From assembly GCF_000196555.1 (NCBI RefSeq), contig NC_015067.1, positions 2,070,001 through 2,102,000 on the forward strand: DNA of 32,000 nt. The letters are read 5' to 3'. Source of the DNA: Bifidobacterium longum subsp. longum JCM 1217 (GTDB lineage Bacteria; Actinomycetota; Actinomycetes; Actinomycetales; Bifidobacteriaceae). The position numbers and the translations under genes were made by a program. Shown here in pieces: positions 1 to 8,611 of the stretch (position 1 is the stretch's first letter; every line of letters begins with the position of its first letter). A model generated the notes under the pieces. The model was not told where the DNA came from and made no database searches. It saw nothing but the letters and a program-made list of their open reading frames with translations.

Positions 1-1582
1 TGTGCAGTCCCGCACCGCGCAACGGCTGGGTGGGTCGCTTGGCACCGCGGGCGCGGGCCGAGCCGGTGATGTTCTCCACGATGTCGAGTGGCACGGTGAG
101 CTTGACGCGGCGGTTGTTCATCTCGATGACGAACGTCTCCGACTTGGACTTGTCGGGCGCGGCCGGGGCAGCGGCACCCGGGGCGGCGGCCAAGGAGGCC
201 GGCTGGCCGGAGGCGGCGGAAGCCGGTGTGCGGTTCAGGTACGTGCGCTCCAGCCACTTGGTGGACACAGCGAACGGGTGGCCATGCTCGGCGGTGAAGT
301 CGTCGTTGCGGAAGATTTCCTTGAACAGCGGAATCGGCGTGGGCACGCCTTCGATCACAAGCTCATCGAGCACGCGGCGCACACGGGCCACGGCGTCGAG
401 ACGGTTCTGGGCGGTGACGATGACCTTGCCCATCATCGAATCGAACTTCGGGGAGATGGTGTCGCCCTGTTCCACACCGGTATCGATGCGCACGCCGGGG
501 CCGGCCGGCCACTGGATCTTCTCCAAGGTGCCGGAGCCGGGGGTCAGGTTGGTGGCCGGGTCTTCGCTGGTGATGCGCAGTTCGAAGCTGTGGCCGCGCA
601 GTTCGGGGGCGCGGGTGAGCTCGCCACCGGCGGCGATATTGAGCTGTTCGCGCACCAGGTCGAGGCCGCTGACCTCTTCGGAGACGGTGTGCTCCACCTG
701 CAAGCGCGGGTTGACTTCCAGGAAGTACACCTTGCCGTTCGGGGTCACCATGAATTCGCAGGTGCCCAGGCCCACGTAGCCGACCGTGGTGAACAGGCGG
801 CGGGAGTATTCCTCGAGCGTGCTGATGATTTCCTCGGACAGGAAGGGCGCGGGTGCCTCTTCCACGAGTTTCTGGTTGCGGCGCTGCAGCGAGCAGTCAC
901 GGGTGGAGTACACGGTGAAGTTGCCGTGCGAGTCGCGCCCGGACTGGGTCTCGACGTGGCGTGCCTTGTCCACGAACTTCTCGATGAAGTATTCCTTCAG
1001 ATCGCCGCCTTGCAGCGCGTCGTGGTTCATGTAGAAGCGGCGCAGCTCCTCGTCGTCATGCACCACGGTGATGCCGTGGCCGCCACCGCCATCAGTGCGC
1101 TTCATCATGATCGGGTAGCCGTGGGTGTGTGCGAAGTCGAGCAGCGTGCGCACGTCGGTCACCGGTTCGGACAGGCCGGGCACTGGCGGCACTTTGGCGC
1201 GTAGGGCCACGCGGCGGGCGGTAATCTTGTCGCCCAAATCCACCAGCGCGGTGTGGTGCGGGCCCACCCAGATGGCACCGGCATCCTCGACCTTCTGCGC
1301 GAAGCTCGGCACTTCGGAAAGGAATCCGTAGCCGGGGTGCACGGCATTCGCACCGGTCTTGTGCAGGATGTCAATCAGCAGATCCTCGTTGAGGTACGTG
1401 TCCTTGTAGGTGTCGCCGGAGAGCAGGTATGCCTCGTCGGCCATGTCCACATAGCGGCTATTGCGGTCCTGTTCGGAGTAGACGGCCACGGTGGAGATAC
1501 CCATCTCCTTGGCCGTGCGCACCACGCGAAGCGCAATCTCGCCTCGGTTCGCAATCAGCAGTTTTTTGACGATAGAAGCCAT
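1..1582 (-). CDS. Acyl-CoA (acetyl/propionyl-CoA) carboxylase alpha subunit of the fused biotin carboxylase + BCCP type. Only the N-terminal ~527 aa are present; the C-terminus runs off the left edge.
   Basis: Absent from the supplied ORF track because it is edge-truncated. Hand translation of the minus strand from the ATG at 1582-1580 gives MASIVKKLLIANRGEIALRVVRTAKEMGI...HPGYGFLSE...MMKRTDGGGGHGI...FLEVNPRLQVEHTVSEE. These are the biotin-carboxylase N-terminus, the ATP-grasp glycine loop and the active-site signature. The frame stays open to position 2. An Ala/Pro linker (ASLAAAPGAAAPAAPDKSK) follows, as expected before a biotinyl domain. Confidence 0.9.
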   Translation of the reverse strand, partial: MASIVKKLLIANRGEIALRVVRTAKEMGISTVAVYSEQDRNSRYVDMADEAYLLSGDTYKDTYLNEDLLIDILHKTGANAVHPGYGFLSEVPSFAQKVEDAGAIWVGPHHTALVDLGDKITARRVALRAKVPPVPGLSEPVTDVRTLLDFAHTHGYPIMMKRTDGGGGHGITVVHDDEELRRFYMNHDALQGGDLKEYFIEKFVDKARHVETQSGRDSHGNFTVYSTRDCSLQRRNQKLVEEAPAPFLSEEIISTLEEYSRRLFTTVGYVGLGTCEFMVTPNGKVYFLEVNPRLQVEHTVSEEVSGLDLVREQLNIAAGGELTRAPELRGHSFELRITSEDPATNLTPGSGTLEKIQWPAGPGVRIDTGVEQGDTISPKFDSMMGKVIVTAQNRLDAVARVRRVLDELVIEGVPTPIPLFKEIFRNDDFTAEHGHPFAVSTKWLERTYLNRTPASAASGQPASLAAAPGAAAPAAPDKSKSETFVIEMNNRRVKLTVPLDIVENITGSARARGAKRPTQPLRGAGLH

Positions 1583-2094
1583 AGTGTCAAATTGTGCTCT
1601 CTATATAGAGGAGAGGGCAAGCTGCGTTCACACAAAAGCTTTCACGCCCTTTTGTAGGCTACGAACAAACGCGCGCGTAGGTTCCGGCAACGTAACCGTT
1701 GGCGCCTGCTATCAAAAACGTTGCAAATCCGCCGATTGCACATCCTTGCGCGCCGGCTCAAGAAGTTGACGTTACGGTTGTGTTCGTCAACTTATGACAA
1801 ATCGAAATCGACAATTTTGTAAATTGGTACGAAACCGCACGAAATCGAACACCTCTACGATGGCAACCGTAAGTTCGGGGGAAGGCTCATCTGCGGGCGA
1901 ACGGAAGGTGACCGGACCGGCATCGGTCCATCGCCGCACGATTCGCCCGCACAGGGTCGGATTCATTTGGGACCGTCCACCATATGGACGGTTCGGACTG
2001 TCGGGGATACCGCACGACCCGCCGGAACCTCCCCTCATCCATCGCATACCGCCCGCCGTTCACGGCGATATCACGCAACATAGGGGTCATTGAT

Positions 2095-2694
2095 ATGCAG
2101 ACTTCACACACCACCGCATCCGCTGCGGCCACCACATCGCTCGCCCGTCGTATCGTCGCCGCATCCTGGAAGCCGGTGCTGTTCGCCGTGCTGATGTGGC
2201 TGTCCGCGGCCGCCGGCGAGATTCCGATTCCGGGCACGCCGGTGCCGATCACGCTGCAAACGTTCGTGGTGATGCTCGCCGGTCTTATGCTGCCGTGGCG
2301 TCAGGCCGGCGCCGCCGTCGCCACCTATCTGGCGGCCGGTGCGGTCGGCCTGCCGGTGTTTGCCGGCGGCACCTCCACGCTGGCCCTGGTCGGCCCGAGC
2401 GCCGGCTTCCTCTTCGGCTTCCTGCCGGGTGTGGTGGTCATCGCCCTGCTGCGCGGCAAGTCCGACACTTCGTCCTTCGCGGCCGCCGCGCGCACCGCGG
2501 GCCGCTACCTGCTGGCCGCGCTGGTCGGCGGCGTCGTGGTGGTGTACGCCTTCGGCTTCGTCATCCAGTCCGCGCTGACCGGTGCGCCGCTCGCCGCCGT
2601 GGCCCTGGCCTCCATGGGCTTCGTGGTTGGCGACGCCATCAAGGCCGTGGTGGCCTCTCTGGCCGCCGCCGGCCTGTCCAAGCTCGGTCGCTGA
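2095..2694 (+). CDS. bioY: Biotin transporter BioY (ECF-type S component), 199 aa
   Basis: The ORF 1984..2694 was trimmed to the internal ATG at 2095 (MQTSHTT...). The protein is hydrophobic with about 5-6 TM segments and has the BioY-typical PVPITLQTF motif. Its neighbours are birA and a biotin-dependent carboxylase. A purine tract AGGGG lies 8 nt upstream of the ATG. Confidence 0.85.
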   Translation: MQTSHTTASAAATTSLARRIVAASWKPVLFAVLMWLSAAAGEIPIPGTPVPITLQTFVVMLAGLMLPWRQAGAAVATYLAAGAVGLPVFAGGTSTLALVGPSAGFLFGFLPGVVVIALLRGKSDTSSFAAAARTAGRYLLAALVGGVVVVYAFGFVIQSALTGAPLAAVALASMGFVVGDAIKAVVASLAAAGLSKLGR

Positions 2695-2725
2695 CCTGAG
2701 CTACTAGCTAGCTACTGGCCGGCTA

Positions 2726-3631
2726 TTACAGCACTCCCACATCGGCGGTGCGGACCGTATGGTCCGTGCCGTCTTGTGTTCTCAGGATCAGTGAGGCGTC
2801 TTCGTTGAGGCCGATGGCTTCGCCGGTCAGCGTGGTGCCGTCCGTGAAGTGCGCCTCGACCTGACGGCCGCGCGCCCAGCACACCGCCTTCACCTCCTCG
2901 CGCAACGACTCGGCCTGGCCCTTCGGGTCGGCGATGAACTTCACCAACCGCTCGCGGAAGCCCTCGACCTGACGTTCGGCCACCGCATCGCGCATCTCGC
3001 CGAACGACGGCAGCCCGGAGACATGCAGCTGCAGCGAGGTCGATTGCGGCGTGGGCAGCCGACAGGCGCCCAAGGCCAGGTTCAGGCCGACGCCGAACAC
3101 GATGACGACGTCGTCATCGACATCAGCATCAGTACCGGTACCGGACGACGGCGGAATCACCAGTTCCGAGAGCAGCCCGCCCAGCTTGAGCCCGTGGCAG
3201 AACACGTCGTTCGGCCATTTGAGTTCCAGCGAGCAGTCCGGCTGGTTCGGCGCGGCACCGTATTCCTCGATCATGCCGTTCAGGGCGTCCAGCGTGACCA
3301 GTCCGGCGATCATCTGCAGCCAGCCATTGACGGATTCGTCGGTGGCGATCGCGCGCGGAATGCGCACGGCATAGGACATCGTCGAGCAACGGCCGGGCTG
3401 ACTGACCCACTTGTGACCATTGCGCCCACGGCCGGCGGTCTGCCGGTCGGCGGCCACCACGGCCACCGCCAGTTCGCCATCCTGGTGGTCGGGCAACGTC
3501 AACGACCCGTCGCCAATCATCTGTACGGCCAGCGCGTTGGTCGAATCGGTTTCGTCCACGGCGACCACATGATCTGCGACGGCTGTAGTTCTGGGTAGCT
3601 GCGGCGTTGCAGCTTTCAACGCAATCATCAT
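2726..3631 (-). CDS. birA: Biotin--[acetyl-CoA-carboxylase] ligase (group I BirA, with no N-terminal DNA-binding domain)
   Basis: The translation contains GRGRNGHKWVS (the GRGRxGR biotin/ATP loop) and KWPNDV. The start is placed at the ATG at 3631 (MMIALKA...). The 23 aa upstream in the ORF track have no support. The catalytic core begins about 30 aa from the start, so there is no room for a wHTH domain. Confidence 0.85.
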   Translation of the reverse strand: MMIALKAATPQLPRTTAVADHVVAVDETDSTNALAVQMIGDGSLTLPDHQDGELAVAVVAADRQTAGRGRNGHKWVSQPGRCSTMSYAVRIPRAIATDESVNGWLQMIAGLVTLDALNGMIEEYGAAPNQPDCSLELKWPNDVFCHGLKLGGLLSELVIPPSSGTGTDADVDDDVVIVFGVGLNLALGACRLPTPQSTSLQLHVSGLPSFGEMRDAVAERQVEGFRERLVKFIADPKGQAESLREEVKAVCWARGRQVEAHFTDGTTLTGEAIGLNEDASLILRTQDGTDHTVRTADVGVL

Positions 3632-3842
3632 GGGCACTACGTTACCTCGATTTTGGCGCGATATGCCCGCGTTATTCCATGGAAAAGCGCGCAAAATCAA
3701 CTATTTTCACCCACATAGCCCATGTTAACGTTCACAACTTCGGAAATTCCGCATTCGCCGACCCCACGCATGCACCCGGCCGTCATATTGGCTTGCGAAC
3801 AATGGCGATGCCCGGCAGACATCGAATATCAACCGTTGACCT

Positions 3843-5888
3843 GTGCGGCTACCATATATTGTCATGACGTCACCAGCCACCGCGAAGCTTGCCGCCGTAT
3901 CCAGCCGCCAGTCCCACCCGCATCTTGCGCGCGCGGGCGCTGCCGCGCGCTGGACACTGGCCGTGCTGGCCGGCCTGTGGCTTGCACTGTGCACGGCGGT
4001 CGGCCCGCTGTACTGGGACGAGGAGAACGGCACCCTCGCCCATTGGAACTGGGCCAATACCGCAATATTCGTCGTGTCATTCCTGATATATCTCGGAATC
4101 ATCACGCTGATGGTGCGATTCGCAGCAGGCCAGCGCATACTGCCGAGGGCTATCGGCGAGCGACTACGTCAACATCAGCAGAATAGCGAAACATCACGGC
4201 CCGCCGCCGATCAGCAGGCCAGCCAACCAGCCAAGACCCGTCGTACCGTTCGCGCTATCGTCACGTCCACCGTCACTGTTCTGGACCGCTGGATCACACG
4301 CGGCACGAACCGGTTCTGGAAGCTTATGCTGGTGTTTTTTGTCGGCTGGCTCTGGGTGCCGACCACTCTGCTGGCCGCATTCGGTGCGGACCTCCGCTCA
4401 CAGATCCGTGAATTCAGCTGGGCCTGGAACCAGTGGACCGGCCTGAAACAGCCCTATATCGGCTTCTTCTCCTTCGTGCCGATGGACATCTACCCCACTG
4501 CGCACTACATGTGGCCGTCCGATCCCACGTATCTGACCGACCAGCACAATGTGGTACTCACTGTGTTCTATGGCGCGATGGTCACGTTTGCGAGGCATCT
4601 GACCGGCTCAAACGATGCCGGTATCGTGACGTTGGCTGCCCTGCAGACGCTGTTCGCCGTGTTCTGCTGCGCTGCCGCCGCCAATCGATTCCTGAACCGG
4701 CCTTGGATAGGAAAAACGGCAACGGATTCCGCCGCTCCCCCACAGGCCGGAGGATTGGCTCGATTCCTGATTCTGCTGTTCTTTATGGTCTGCCCGCTGG
4801 CCGTGTTTTCCACTATCTCCATCACCAAATCGCCGCTGTTCGCGTTCTCGTTCGTCTGGTGGTTCAGCGTCTGGTATGAACTCGTCCAGACCTGGCACCC
4901 CGCCGGCACCCGCAAACATCCTCAGACCCCTGCCATCGCCACGCCCGTCCACTTGCCGCGTCACAGTTTCATCGCCTTTATCCTGGCCACGTCGGTAATG
5001 CTGATTTCCGCGAAATATGCGTGGTACATCATCGCCCTACAAATCGTGCTGGCTCTGATCGCCGACCGCAAGCGCTGGGCGACTTACGTCGTGGCGCTGC
5101 TCATCCCCACCGTACTGATTCACGGCGGCATCTCCTTCGCCATCTCCTCTGGTGCGATCATCGGCGGCGACCCAATCGAAAGCCGCGGCGTACAGCTGCA
5201 AATGATCGCCCGCGTGGCTCAGCGCAATCCGGACGGTATTTCAGACGAAGCCAAAAAGAACCTCGCGCCCGTCTTCAATCTCGATCAGATGGCCGACGCT
5301 TACTCCCAGCAGGATGCCGACCCGGTGAAATCCTCCGGTATTCAGGCCAAGAAGGTCAGCTACAAGTGGCGCACGGTGACGCCCGAGGATATGACCAATT
5401 TCAACAAGGCATGGTTCGAAATCGTCAAGGACAATCCGATCATCGCGCTGGATGCGTTGCTGGCCAAATGCTTCGGATACTTCAATGTGAACGATCAGCC
5501 GTACGTATCGATGGATTATTACGTGGCCAGCGATTACGTGCAGAAAAACTCCACATGGATCAAGGATTACAACCATGACTGGCGTGAGCACATCGCCGGC
5601 TTCACTCGCGTATGGGGCAGTATTCCCGTGCTCGGCTGGCCTACGCACGGCAATTTCTACGTGGTGATGACATTGCTGATCGGCGCGGCCGAGGTGATTC
5701 GCCGACGTTGGCTCACCCTCATGACCCATATTCCGCTGCTACTGCTGATGGGCGTGATGATTACCGCGCCGGCCAATAATTTCGAGCGGCACATGTTGCC
5801 GGTTGCGTTTGTATTCGGATTCGTGGTGCTGACGTATTGGCGAGAGTCTTTGGCTGAAAGGCAACGCCAATCAGCGACGCTACACTAG
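3843..5888 (+). CDS. Large polytopic membrane protein of unknown function. It has about 13 predicted TM segments and a soluble loop of about 170 aa. It may resemble GT-C-type or DUF-type integral membrane proteins.
   Basis: A 681-aa ORF with GC-rich third positions. Many hydrophobic 20-aa stretches were read from the translation. A hydrophilic block lies at about aa 455-620 (GGDPIESRGVQLQ...WREHIAGF). The start is ambiguous: GTG at 3843 or ATG at 3864. No catalytic motif was recognised. Confidence 0.6.
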   Translation: MRLPYIVMTSPATAKLAAVSSRQSHPHLARAGAAARWTLAVLAGLWLALCTAVGPLYWDEENGTLAHWNWANTAIFVVSFLIYLGIITLMVRFAAGQRILPRAIGERLRQHQQNSETSRPAADQQASQPAKTRRTVRAIVTSTVTVLDRWITRGTNRFWKLMLVFFVGWLWVPTTLLAAFGADLRSQIREFSWAWNQWTGLKQPYIGFFSFVPMDIYPTAHYMWPSDPTYLTDQHNVVLTVFYGAMVTFARHLTGSNDAGIVTLAALQTLFAVFCCAAAANRFLNRPWIGKTATDSAAPPQAGGLARFLILLFFMVCPLAVFSTISITKSPLFAFSFVWWFSVWYELVQTWHPAGTRKHPQTPAIATPVHLPRHSFIAFILATSVMLISAKYAWYIIALQIVLALIADRKRWATYVVALLIPTVLIHGGISFAISSGAIIGGDPIESRGVQLQMIARVAQRNPDGISDEAKKNLAPVFNLDQMADAYSQQDADPVKSSGIQAKKVSYKWRTVTPEDMTNFNKAWFEIVKDNPIIALDALLAKCFGYFNVNDQPYVSMDYYVASDYVQKNSTWIKDYNHDWREHIAGFTRVWGSIPVLGWPTHGNFYVVMTLLIGAAEVIRRRWLTLMTHIPLLLLMGVMITAPANNFERHMLPVAFVFGFVVLTYWRESLAERQRQSATLH

Positions 5889-6754
5889 TGACTATGTCAG
5901 ATTTTCTCGAACTTCTTGCTGCCGACGTTGCCGATTCGTCCGGTGCATCCGGTATGCCGGGTGCGCCCGATTCATCCGATTCGGCCGCACCCGGCATCAC
6001 CGCGACCAACCGCGTACGCACCGTGCTGTTCGAGTGCCTGTTCAATCATCTGGCCGACGAACGAGTGGAGTCCCTGTTCACCATCCTCGGTTTCGAGCAT
6101 GACTTCGATTGTTACACCATCGCCGGATACCCTGCCCGGTCCGCCGCACGTACGGCCAAGGAAATCGAGAAAATCGTGGCCGATTTCGGCGGTATGTGTC
6201 TGACCGCCAAGCGCCCGATCGGCAACAGCACCGCCGTAGTGGCGTTGATTCGTCCGGTCGGTGCGGCCACGCCGGAAATCATCTGCAATACCATCGCCCC
6301 GTCGTTCGCCGCCGATCGGCCAATCGCCTTGGGTCCACAGCGCACCGGTGCCGATGGCGCGATGCGTTCGATTCAGGCCACGCTCTACTGTCTTCAGGCC
6401 GCGCCGGCCCTGGCCGCCACCGTGCAGCCATTGCCGCGCCCGTTACGCACCGACGACGCCCTGCCCGAACGTGCGTTGATCGGCGACGCGGACGCCCGTG
6501 ACGAACTGGTCCGCGTGGTCTACGGAAGCCTGACAGCAGCAGGCCCTGATGATCCGACGCTGCTCACCGTCTCCACATTCCTGAAGTTCGGCGGTTCGCT
6601 CGAGACCACGGCCAAGGAGCTCAACGTACATCCCAATACGATCCGCTACCGTTTGAAGCGTGCCGCCGAATCCACCGGCTGGGATGCCACCGACCCGCGC
6701 GAGGCGTACGTGCTGATCACCGCCATCGCGTTGGGTCGTGTGGCCGAAGCGTAA
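5888..6754 (+). CDS. PucR/CdaR-family transcriptional regulator (C-terminal PucR-type HTH)
   Basis: The C-terminus, LETTAKELNVHPNTIRYRLKRAAESTGWDATDPREAYVLITAIAL, is the characteristic PucR C-terminal HTH. The GTG start at 5888 shares its G with the TAG stop (5886-5888) of the upstream membrane-protein gene. An alternative ATG lies at 5894. Confidence 0.75.
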   Translation: MTMSDFLELLAADVADSSGASGMPGAPDSSDSAAPGITATNRVRTVLFECLFNHLADERVESLFTILGFEHDFDCYTIAGYPARSAARTAKEIEKIVADFGGMCLTAKRPIGNSTAVVALIRPVGAATPEIICNTIAPSFAADRPIALGPQRTGADGAMRSIQATLYCLQAAPALAATVQPLPRPLRTDDALPERALIGDADARDELVRVVYGSLTAAGPDDPTLLTVSTFLKFGGSLETTAKELNVHPNTIRYRLKRAAESTGWDATDPREAYVLITAIALGRVAEA

Positions 6755-6860
6755 CGGACCGCAGCGTAGTCGGGCAGAAGCATAACCAGCAGAACCGTAG
6801 CCGTCAAAGGCCATAGCTGACCGGACATAACCGTCCAGCCCGACAGCCTAGCGGGCCGAA

Positions 6861-7613
6861 TCAGGCTGCCTGAATTTCGCGTACGCCATCGCGCAGTAAC
6901 GCGGCCAAGGATTCTTGAGTGGCTAACACTTCGTCCACGAATCCACCGGCGGACAGGCTGGCGATCACGCGACCGGACTCGTTGTCCACAATCGGTACAC
7001 CGACGGCACCGACACCCAACGTCACATCCTCATCCGACAGTGCATATCCACGTTCGCGAGTCAAGCGAATATCCTCGCGCAACTGTTCCACACTGACCAG
7101 CGTGTTCTCGTTATATGCCGGAAACGGCACTCCTGCAAGATAGCGTTCGACATCGGCATCCTCGAAATACGCCAAGGCCACGCGGCCGGCCGCGCCAGCA
7201 TGCAGAGGCAGCACGCGGCCCGGGCGCAGGATCAGCGAATCGATGGCATGACCTTGCGCGCATTCCACGCATACCAATTCAGTGCCGGAGACCACACTGA
7301 GGAATGAGGTCATGCCGGTTTGCGCGGTGATGGCATGCATGACCGCAATCGCAGGCTGCCATTCGGTACGAGACGTGCGAGCGGCATCAGCCAATCGCAG
7401 CCAGTCCAGCGATAATGAGTAGTTGCCATCCGTATCCGTTACGGCCCACCCCACATCGACCAGTCCATCCAGCACACGGTATACGGAGGATCGCGGGATA
7501 TCACAGGCGTCGGCGATATCTGCCGGAGACAGGCCATTCTCCGCCGCCAATGCGTCCATCACACGACTCGCCTTGTCTAAAGCGCGGGTCGGTTCACGTT
7601 TGTCTTCCGCCAT
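6861..7613 (-). CDS. IclR-family transcriptional regulator (250 aa)
   Basis: N-terminal wHTH: ALDKASRVMDALAAENGLSPADIADACDIPRSSVYRVLDGLVDVGWA. It is followed by an effector domain of IclR length. GGAAGGA lies 8 nt upstream of the ATG. Confidence 0.85.
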   Translation of the reverse strand: MAEDKREPTRALDKASRVMDALAAENGLSPADIADACDIPRSSVYRVLDGLVDVGWAVTDTDGNYSLSLDWLRLADAARTSRTEWQPAIAVMHAITAQTGMTSFLSVVSGTELVCVECAQGHAIDSLILRPGRVLPLHAGAAGRVALAYFEDADVERYLAGVPFPAYNENTLVSVEQLREDIRLTRERGYALSDEDVTLGVGAVGVPIVDNESGRVIASLSAGGFVDEVLATQESLAALLRDGVREIQAA

Positions 7614-7656
7614 CGCCGACGTTCCTTCCCCCTGACTTATCCCTGACTCATCGTAT

Positions 7657-8490
7657 TCAACTGCTCAGGCCAAGATAATCACCGCTGTATCCAAGGCCTC
7701 GCGACACCTCGCGGCCGACAGTCTGCACCAATTGCACCATGTCTTGAGCCGATGCCGTTGCCGGTTTCCCATCTACCAGACAGGCCAGCTCAGGTTCCAA
7801 GGAGCGGGAAAGGCCACTCAGGGCGATTGCCGCCTGAATCTCTCCGGCGTGATTGAATACCGGTACGCTGATAGTCACGGAGCCGGCCATGGTCTGGCCG
7901 ACATCATAGGTGAAGCCGCATTCACGTATATGACGAGCCTGTCCCATTGCTGTGGTACGCATCGTGGAGAATGTGCCGCCGAGCTCGTTGTTATAGGCAT
8001 AGTGTTCCAACAGCTGCTCGTAGCGAGCCGGGGGAAGCCAGGCCGTCAGTACATGAGAGGGAGCGCTCATGCTCAGAGGCAAGCTATTGCCCACCAGCTG
8101 TGCATAGCTTTGCAATGCCTCACGGGTGCGTGTCTCGATACACACCGTGCGCAATCGCCTCCGAACGAACAGACCCCAGATGCCGAACTGGCCACGATGG
8201 GCGCGGAAGGTACGGCGAGCGATCTGCTGAATGTCCAGTCTGCTTTCGATTTGGCCGCCGATCCGTACGCAATCGATGCCAAGCCGATACTCGCCACGAT
8301 TGATGCCGCGTTCCACCCAACCGACTGCGGCGAGATTATCCAGCAAACGATACGTTGAGCTTACGGGTTCACCAGTACGTTCGCTTATGGTTTTTGCAGT
8401 GCTTGGTCCCAGTTCCGCCAATACATCAAGTACTGCCTTGGATTTCACCAATGCATCTACGCTACGGTCATCACGGCTTGGCGCCACCAT
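7657..8490 (-). CDS. IclR-family transcriptional regulator (277 aa)
   Basis: ORF 7657..8874 was trimmed to the ATG at 8490, which is preceded by AGGAGG with an 8-nt spacer. The sequence VDALVKSKAVLDVLAELGPSTAKTISERTGEPVSSTYRLLDNLAAVGWVE is an IclR wHTH. The 128 aa upstream in the ORF read antisense through the 5S rRNA and terminator hairpins. Confidence 0.85.
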   Translation of the reverse strand: MVAPSRDDRSVDALVKSKAVLDVLAELGPSTAKTISERTGEPVSSTYRLLDNLAAVGWVERGINRGEYRLGIDCVRIGGQIESRLDIQQIARRTFRAHRGQFGIWGLFVRRRLRTVCIETRTREALQSYAQLVGNSLPLSMSAPSHVLTAWLPPARYEQLLEHYAYNNELGGTFSTMRTTAMGQARHIRECGFTYDVGQTMAGSVTISVPVFNHAGEIQAAIALSGLSRSLEPELACLVDGKPATASAQDMVQLVQTVGREVSRGLGYSGDYLGLSS

Positions 8491-8611
8491 GCGCGTCACC
8501 TCCTGGCCTGTATGTTGATACCTCAGCCATCTTACCGGGTATTCAGCGGGTTGCCGCCCAAAACGCACTGGGCCCCGGCAGGAGTATCCCGTCGGGGCCC
8601 AAGAGGTTTCT

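Noticed and set aside
2-1204. A 400-aa plus-strand ORF, and other plus-strand ORFs covering 1-1660.
   Set aside because: These are shadow ORFs antisense to a clearly recognisable biotin-carboxylase gene on the minus strand. Their translations are Gly/Ala/Arg/His-rich with no motifs. Long open antisense frames are expected at this GC content.
1794-2093. A 99-aa ORF in the bioY leader that ends (TGA 2091-2093) one nt before the bioY ATG. It could be an upstream ORF.
   Set aside because: By hand inspection its third-position GC is much lower than in the neighbouring real genes. The product is basic and low-complexity, and there is no SD before its ATG. I treat the region as non-coding leader. 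Coupling through a short uORF cannot be fully excluded.
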